Positions 58,031 through 64,000 of a DNA stretch of 64,000 nucleotides are shown one piece after another (positions within the stretch are counted from its first letter, which is position 1; each line of letters starts with the position of its first letter). The notes below the pieces were generated by a model that saw nothing but the letters and a program-made list of their open reading frames with translations, did not search any database and was not told the DNA's origin. The stretch is from Octopus bimaculoides (taxonomy: Eukaryota). The position numbers and the translations under genes were made by a program. The stretch spans positions 32,285,204 to 32,349,203 of the forward strand of contig NC_068985.1 in assembly GCF_001194135.2 (NCBI RefSeq), written 5' to 3'.

Positions 58031-61000
58031 ATATGCAAGTGTTGAATAATTATTTACAAGCCCTCTTCTTCTTTCTCTCTTTATTCTCCAACCAGCCTGA
58101 ATGTAAGTTCAGCTAATCATGTATCCTCATCTATCAGCTCTCACAGCAATAAGTCCTTCCATACCATCCAGTTTTTCCCTAGTCCTAATCACAAGTAATT
58201 TATTAATTGAACTAGCTGACAAGAATACATTATATATGTGCCGATCAATCTAGCTGATTTACTTACTCCCTCAGAAATAGTGAGTTTATAAACAGTTAAT
58301 GAGGATACTAATTGCAGATGAAATTCCAACATGGGATTGGAACTAGTCAGGCTGTTTTCTGTCTGTAAGGTTACTCCTACGCGTCTGTACTTGTATCGGT
58401 ATATGTTCAGGATGGGTTGAGACAATTACAACAAGTGAATCTATAGCTGTGGATTTTGTAGACACTCTCCAACCACAAGTATATGTTTTGCATGTGGACA
58501 AGGTGTTTGCATTTCTCTATTATATACTATGTTGGCTAAAATGCATGGATGTTGTCTGTAATACAGGATAGTTTTATCAATGTGCAATATAGCAACATAA
58601 CACACATTTATTAGGTGTTCTAGTGATAATAACCTTGAAACAAAAGTCTCATGTGCATTGTGATAGCCTAAGATAGACAGCTTAATTGACATCTGGACAG
58701 AGGATGCTTGATGTTAAAAAGAAATGAGGAAGAAGAGAGCAATTACACTGCTGATGGCCCTCAAAATTTGAATTCCTTTGCTTTTTCTTATGAGTTAAGA
58801 ACGGGTGAAAGTCCCGGAATACCCTGAAATAGTAAAACATTAACCAGAATAAAGCCAAATTATTTTGTTTTTCATCTTTCTACTACATTTTCATTGGAAG
58901 ATATTCTGAAGGTGTCTGTTGATGGAAGCAATGCTTGTTTGGCTGACCCTTGTGTGCAGGGGGTTAAAGAAGAATGAAGTGCAGTGTTAAACTGCATTGG
59001 ACTGTGTTTAATTAAAAGTATCAGTAACTAATATTTAGAAGTTAAAGTGTCAGAGATATAAGTGAACTTTCAGTACACTTGAAATACATGCTGTAATGGA
59101 ATGATCTCTGGGAAAATTTCTGATCTCTCAATATTTTCCCTTCCTATTTCACAGAGGACTTGTTAACAGAAGGAACATCCAGCAATGAACATTATTCCAT
59201 GTACAGGAGTGTGAAAAATGGTTATAATACAATAATAAAAAGTTGCTTCAGCAAGATTCTGCTTTTATAATTATAGGCTAAAATGAGGACAACAGTTGCA
59301 CTATTGAAAAATAATTTTAAATCATTTGAATACAATACTAATAGCAAGTAAAATGTTGACATTTTAAATTTACTTTTCTTTCTCACAAACAAGTTCAGTT
59401 GCAATAATTTCCACTCAGCAAGCTGCAATTTATAACAGGTCAAACCTTTACTGCATCCTACATGGAAACAGAAATAGTAGGTTACTCTGCTACATAACAA
59501 ATTAAGTGAATTTATTGAGGAAATTTTCACTAGAATCTATTCTTTTTCAGCTTTTTGCTGTTTCAGTCTCAGAAATCAACTATTTGTACACTGTTCATCA
59601 GTTTTCCATTAGTTTAGTGCCACACTATGATAGTTATACTCTGTTTGTTTTTTTGTCTTTTTTTTCTGATTTGAGAAGTTGAGAGAAACTATTGAGTATC
59701 TTGTCCAGAACACATTATGCTACCAGTAATATGGGAATATTACTACTCCTATACAGTGCAAAACAAAAGGCCCAAACCTTTGTAAAAAGAACAAATCAGG
59801 TGAAACCATCTCAGTTTTATATTGAAATCCCATTTAAATCAACTTTGTTTTTCATTTCTTTGGGCTCAAGAATCTAAGCAGCTGTAAATATACTGGGATC
59901 AAGTTACCAACTGTGTACATAGTCAAATATTGGAATATTGTAATAAATCAAATCATCACTTTGAGGCATAAACCAGCATGGGATATAAACTAAAATACTT
60001 TCACAAAACATGAACATATTGGTCCTAGATATGTTGAGGGCTTAAGCTATTGGCAGCTGTGAGGCTGTCAAGAGTGCCAAAGAAAATGCATATCAAACTT
60101 AAGCACTCTGCTTGGTACTAAGCCACAACTTAAAACCAGTCCTATTTGCAACAACTGTAAGCAATTCACAACTATAGAACACTACATTACATTGAAAAAT
60201 ATGGACTCTCAAAGCTGTTATAGTCTATCTGTATTGAATAAAACTGCTCATTGTCATAATTTTTGTACTCCAGCATAGCTGATCAAGACAGTTCAGTAAC
60301 AATAGTAATAATGAAAAAAAAATAGCAACAACAATAGCATCACTAACCAGATGTACACTCACAATTTTTCATCTGAGAAGCTTGATAGCTTATCAACAAA
60401 GCTATTGCAAATCTATATTTCTTTGATAAGATTCAGGAAGTCAAAATTATTGGAAGGTTAAGGATTTATTTTTCAGATTTATGTGATGTGTAACAGAAAT
60501 TATATAAAGTTTCCAGAATGTGTTGAAGCTTTTTAAAATAGGCTTTTATTATTATTATTATTATTACACATTCATCTATTAGTTTAATCCATTTTAAGAT
60601 GCATCATAATTTTGGATACTCTTAAAATTTCATCTTCAATCTTAAAAGAATAAAATTACATTAAACTTAAGTTAGCTATAAAAGTTTCTAGAAGGGAATA
60701 TTTCTGTACATTGAGTGCATATGTGGATATTGATTGGATAGGTAATATATAAATCAGAAAAGAAAAGGCATCAGATGATGTCTCACTTGGCACCTTTTGT
60801 AAAAATTTGGTAAAATTAGGACTCAATGTATTTTTTGAATAGTTTTAGATTGATTGATAGATTAGTTCATGGAATATTTGTTGTGATTTTTCTTTTTTAA
60901 AGGAGTTTAAAATATGATTTTTCAAATTTATTAAAAATAATTATTAAATGAATGTATATCAGGAAAATTGCTGTTGCTGCTTCTTTATCAAATCTTTAAT

Positions 61001-61215
61001 GGTTGGCAGTGATAGAGGACTACTATTGTTGTCAACTCTATGTCTGTTAATGCTTGAACAGATTAATCTTTTGTCAGTTTTTATTATTATGTTGTTATTG
61101 TTGTTTAGCTCTCACTCCCAGCCAGTTTGGACAGAAAGACCTCTGATCAAAAGCGTTTTGATCAGGTCACAGTGTATCTTGGACTATATTATCAAATGTG
61201 TCTTTCCTTTTATAA

Positions 61216-61337
61216 GAAGAGTGGCTGTATGGTAAGGAGCTTGCTTCCCAGCCACAAGGTTTAGAGATCAGTCCTACTGCATAGCACCTTGGGTAAATGA
61301 GTGCATTTAGCAGAAGAAAACTGCAAAAAGCCTCCTG

Positions 61338-61340
<3 letters not shown>
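61216..61340 (+). mobile_element. SINE family B head fragment
   Basis: gagtggctgtatggtaaggagcttgcttcccagccac...gcaccttggg. Confidence 0.7.
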
Positions 61341-61375
<35 letters not shown>

Positions 61376-61705
61376 TACAGAATGGTACAAGAACGCAAAA
61401 CATCAAGACAGTTAGGTGATACAAGAAAGGGACAAAACATTCAGATAGACGATACAAAGAAAACACGGACAAGTCATTCGGAGCTTTCTCTCTTCAGTCA
61501 AGATCCAGATTATCNNNNNNNNNNNNNNNNNNNNNNNNNNNNNNNNNNNNNNNNNNNNNNNNNNNNNNNNNNNNNNNNNNNNNNNNNNNNNNNNNNNNNN
61601 NNNNNNNNNNNNNNNNNNNNNNNNNNNNNNNNNNNNNNNNNNNNNNNNNNNNNNNNNNNNNNNNNNNNNNNNNNNNNNNNNNNNNNNNNNNNNNNNNNNN
61701 NNNNN

Positions 61706-61743
<38 letters not shown>

Positions 61744-61786
61744 TGTAAGTTTAGAGGTAATACTTGATGAGTGTAAGCACCTGTAT

Positions 61787-63669
61787 ATGCCAAGACAGCT
61801 GCAGAAGAAATACCTAGCCAAAGATAAACATGTAGAAAGCCTTCGACAGGGTCCCCCGATCCCTTATCTGGTGGTCAATGAGGAAAATAGAGATAGATGA
61901 ATGGTTAGTGAGAGCTGTGCAAACCATGTACAGGGATGCTGTTAGTAAGGTGAGGGTTGGCAACATGTACAGTGAAGAATTCTGGGTAGAGATAGGGGTC
62001 CACCAAGGTTTAGTCCTCAGCCCCCTTCTATTTATCATAGTCCTCCAGGCAATAACAGAGGAATTCAAGACAGGATGCCCCTGGGGACTCCTCTATGCTG
62101 ATGACCTTGCTCTAATTGCTGAGTCATTACCAGAACTAGAGGAGAAGTTTCAGATGTGGAAGCAAGGATTAGAATCAAAGGGCCTTAGAATCAACCTAGC
62201 TAAAACCAAAGACCTAATAACTAGGAAGGCAGACAAACCACAAATCCCTTCAGGTAGATGGCCCTGCTCAATCTGTAGAAAAGGCATAGGTAGAAACTCT
62301 ATAAGATGTATCCAGTGTAAGCTATGGACACATAAGAGGTGCAGCAATATCAAAGGAAGGCTAACTGGGAAGATAGTTTTTGTATGTGGCAAATGCTCAG
62401 GATCAACAAACACTGAAAATGTGCAGAGAACAACTTCTGTCACATTCCAGGGAGAAAAACTAGAAGTAGTTGACAGCTTCCGTTACCTGGGTGACCAAGT
62501 CAGTAACAGGGGTGGTTGCTCTGAAAGTGTAGCTGCTAGAATAAGAATAGCCTGGGCAAAGTTCAGAGAGCTTCTACCTCTGCTGGTGAGAAAGGGCCTT
62601 TCACTCAGAGTAAAAGGTAGACTGTATGATGCATGTGTACAAACAGCCATGCTACATGGCAGTGAAACATGGGCTGTGACTGCTGAGGACATGCGTAAGC
62701 TTGCAAGGAATGAAGCCAGTATGTTTCGCTGGATGTGTAATGTCAGTGTGCATACACCACAGAGTGTAAGTGCCTTGAGAGAAAAGTTGGACCTAAGCAG
62801 TATCAAATGTGGTGTGCAAGAGAGACAACTGCTCTGGTATGGTCATGTGGTGAGAATGGATGGGATAGCTGTGTCAAAAAGTGTCAAATCCTATCGGCTG
62901 AGGGAACCTGTAGAAAAAGTAGACCCAGGAAGACCTGGGATGAGGTGGTGAAGCACGACCTTTGAACATTGGGCCTCACCAAGGCAATGACTAGTGACCA
63001 AGACCTTTGGAAATACGCTGTGCGTGAGAAGACCTGGCAAGCCAAGTGAGACATAACCCATGGCCTATGCCAGTGGTGTAACCAACCCACTTATGCATAC
63101 CTTTCTTTCATTGGACACTAAACTCTGCTTGCAAAGACCTGTTGAGGCAAATGAAATCGAAATCAAATTTGCTGATGTGGTCAATGATAGCACTGCCTGA
63201 CTGGCATCTGTGCTAGTGGAACGTTAAGAGCACCATCCGAGCGTGATCGTTGCTAGGGGCGTTGAATGGCTTCCATGCCGGTGGCATGTATAAAGCACCA
63301 TTCAAGCATGATCATTACCAGCGTCGTCTTACTGGGACTTATTCCAGTGGCACATGAAAAACAACATTCGAGTGAGGTCGTTGCCAGTGCCGCTGGACTG
63401 GCTCCTGTGCAGGTGGCACATAAAAAACACCATTTGAGCATAGCCGTTGGCAGTACTGCCTGACTGGCCCTCGTGCCGGTGGCACGTAAAAGCACCCACT
63501 ACACTCTCAGAATGGTTGGCGTAAGGATGGGCATCCAGCAGTAGAAACTCTGCCAGATCAGATTGGAGCCTGGTGCAGCCATCAGGCTCGCAAGTCCTCA
63601 GTCTAACCGTCCAACCCATGCCAGCATGGAAAGCGAACATTAAACGATGATGATGATGATGATGATGAT
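61787..63669 (+). mobile_element. RTE LINE, 5'-truncated, with 357-aa open RT C-terminal frame (61878-62951), PHD finger, tandem-repeat 3' UTR and (GAT)n tail
   Basis: GVHQGLVLSPLLF, LLYADDL, FRYLGD, AMLHGSETW. A late frameshift near 62860 moves GRPRKTWDEVVKHDL to another frame. Tail at 63646-63669. Confidence 0.93.
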
Positions 63670-63892
63670 ACATACATATATATATGTGTGTTTGTGTCTT
63701 TGTATCTGTGTTTGTCTCCAATCACCACTTGACAATTGGTGTTGGTGTGTTTGCGTCCCTGTAACTTGGTGGTTCATCAAAAGTGACCAATAGAATAAGT
63801 ACCAAGCTTAAACAATTAGTACTGGGGTTAATTCAGTCAACTAAAAATTCAAGGCTGCAGTCTAATGACTGAAACAAATAAAAGATAAAAGA
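63670..63892 (+). mobile_element. Headless SINE directly after the RTE tail
   Basis: Same body and tail as 54525-54768. Confidence 0.7.
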
Positions 63893-64000
63893 TCTTGGGC
63901 GATTTAATTCTATCAAGTCAAGCCACCATGTGGATGCTTCTCTTATCAGTTTGATATGGTTAGTATGCATTTTCAAATGAAGGTGGTGGATGGCAGAATC

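Noticed and set aside
59155-59270. Good plus-strand acceptor followed by EDLLTEGTSSNEHYSMYRSVKNG...
   Set aside because: Isolated, weak donor, no homology; no gene model could be built.
61138-61168. Small hairpin gacc-tc-tgatcaaaa-gcg-ttttgatca-ggtc
   Set aside because: Short and within probable SINE-derived sequence.
63941-63957. tcttatcagtttgatat resembling part of U2 snRNA
   Set aside because: Only ~17 nt match; flanking U2 sequence and Sm site are absent.

Overview
AT-rich, CpG-depleted animal genomic DNA with 7 N-gaps, dense microsatellites and many SINE/LINE/DNA-transposon relics. The repeat landscape looks like Octopus or another cephalopod (inference). One protein-coding gene can be built by hand from GT-AG junctions: an 8-exon PEX19 (peroxisomal membrane-protein import receptor) on the minus strand, CDS 42003->11775, 1191 nt, 396 aa. 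It has the PEX3-binding motif DDELIELLDSALQDF, the core LPVMQNMMKTLLSKEVLYPSLKEI..KYPKWL and a C-terminal CaaX box (CSIM). The remainder is intron or intergenic sequence holding degenerate RTE (two types), Penelope-like, R4/Dong-like and CR1/L2-like retroelements, tRNA-derived SINEs, Tc1/mariner derivatives and a foldback-like element. Most ORFs in the supplied track are microsatellite, N-gap or antisense-TE artefacts. I found no rRNA, tRNA gene, CRISPR array or multi-gene novel system. The best leads are: an ~87-aa N-terminal extension of PEX19; several strong intronic inverted repeats (possible dsRNA/ADAR or back-splicing substrates); a decayed minimal-hammerhead-like motif in an inverted repeat beside the Penelope element; a PHD finger inside the RTE ORF; and a hairpin tandem array in the RTE 3' UTR. 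TE boundaries are approximate unless TIRs or TSDs are given.
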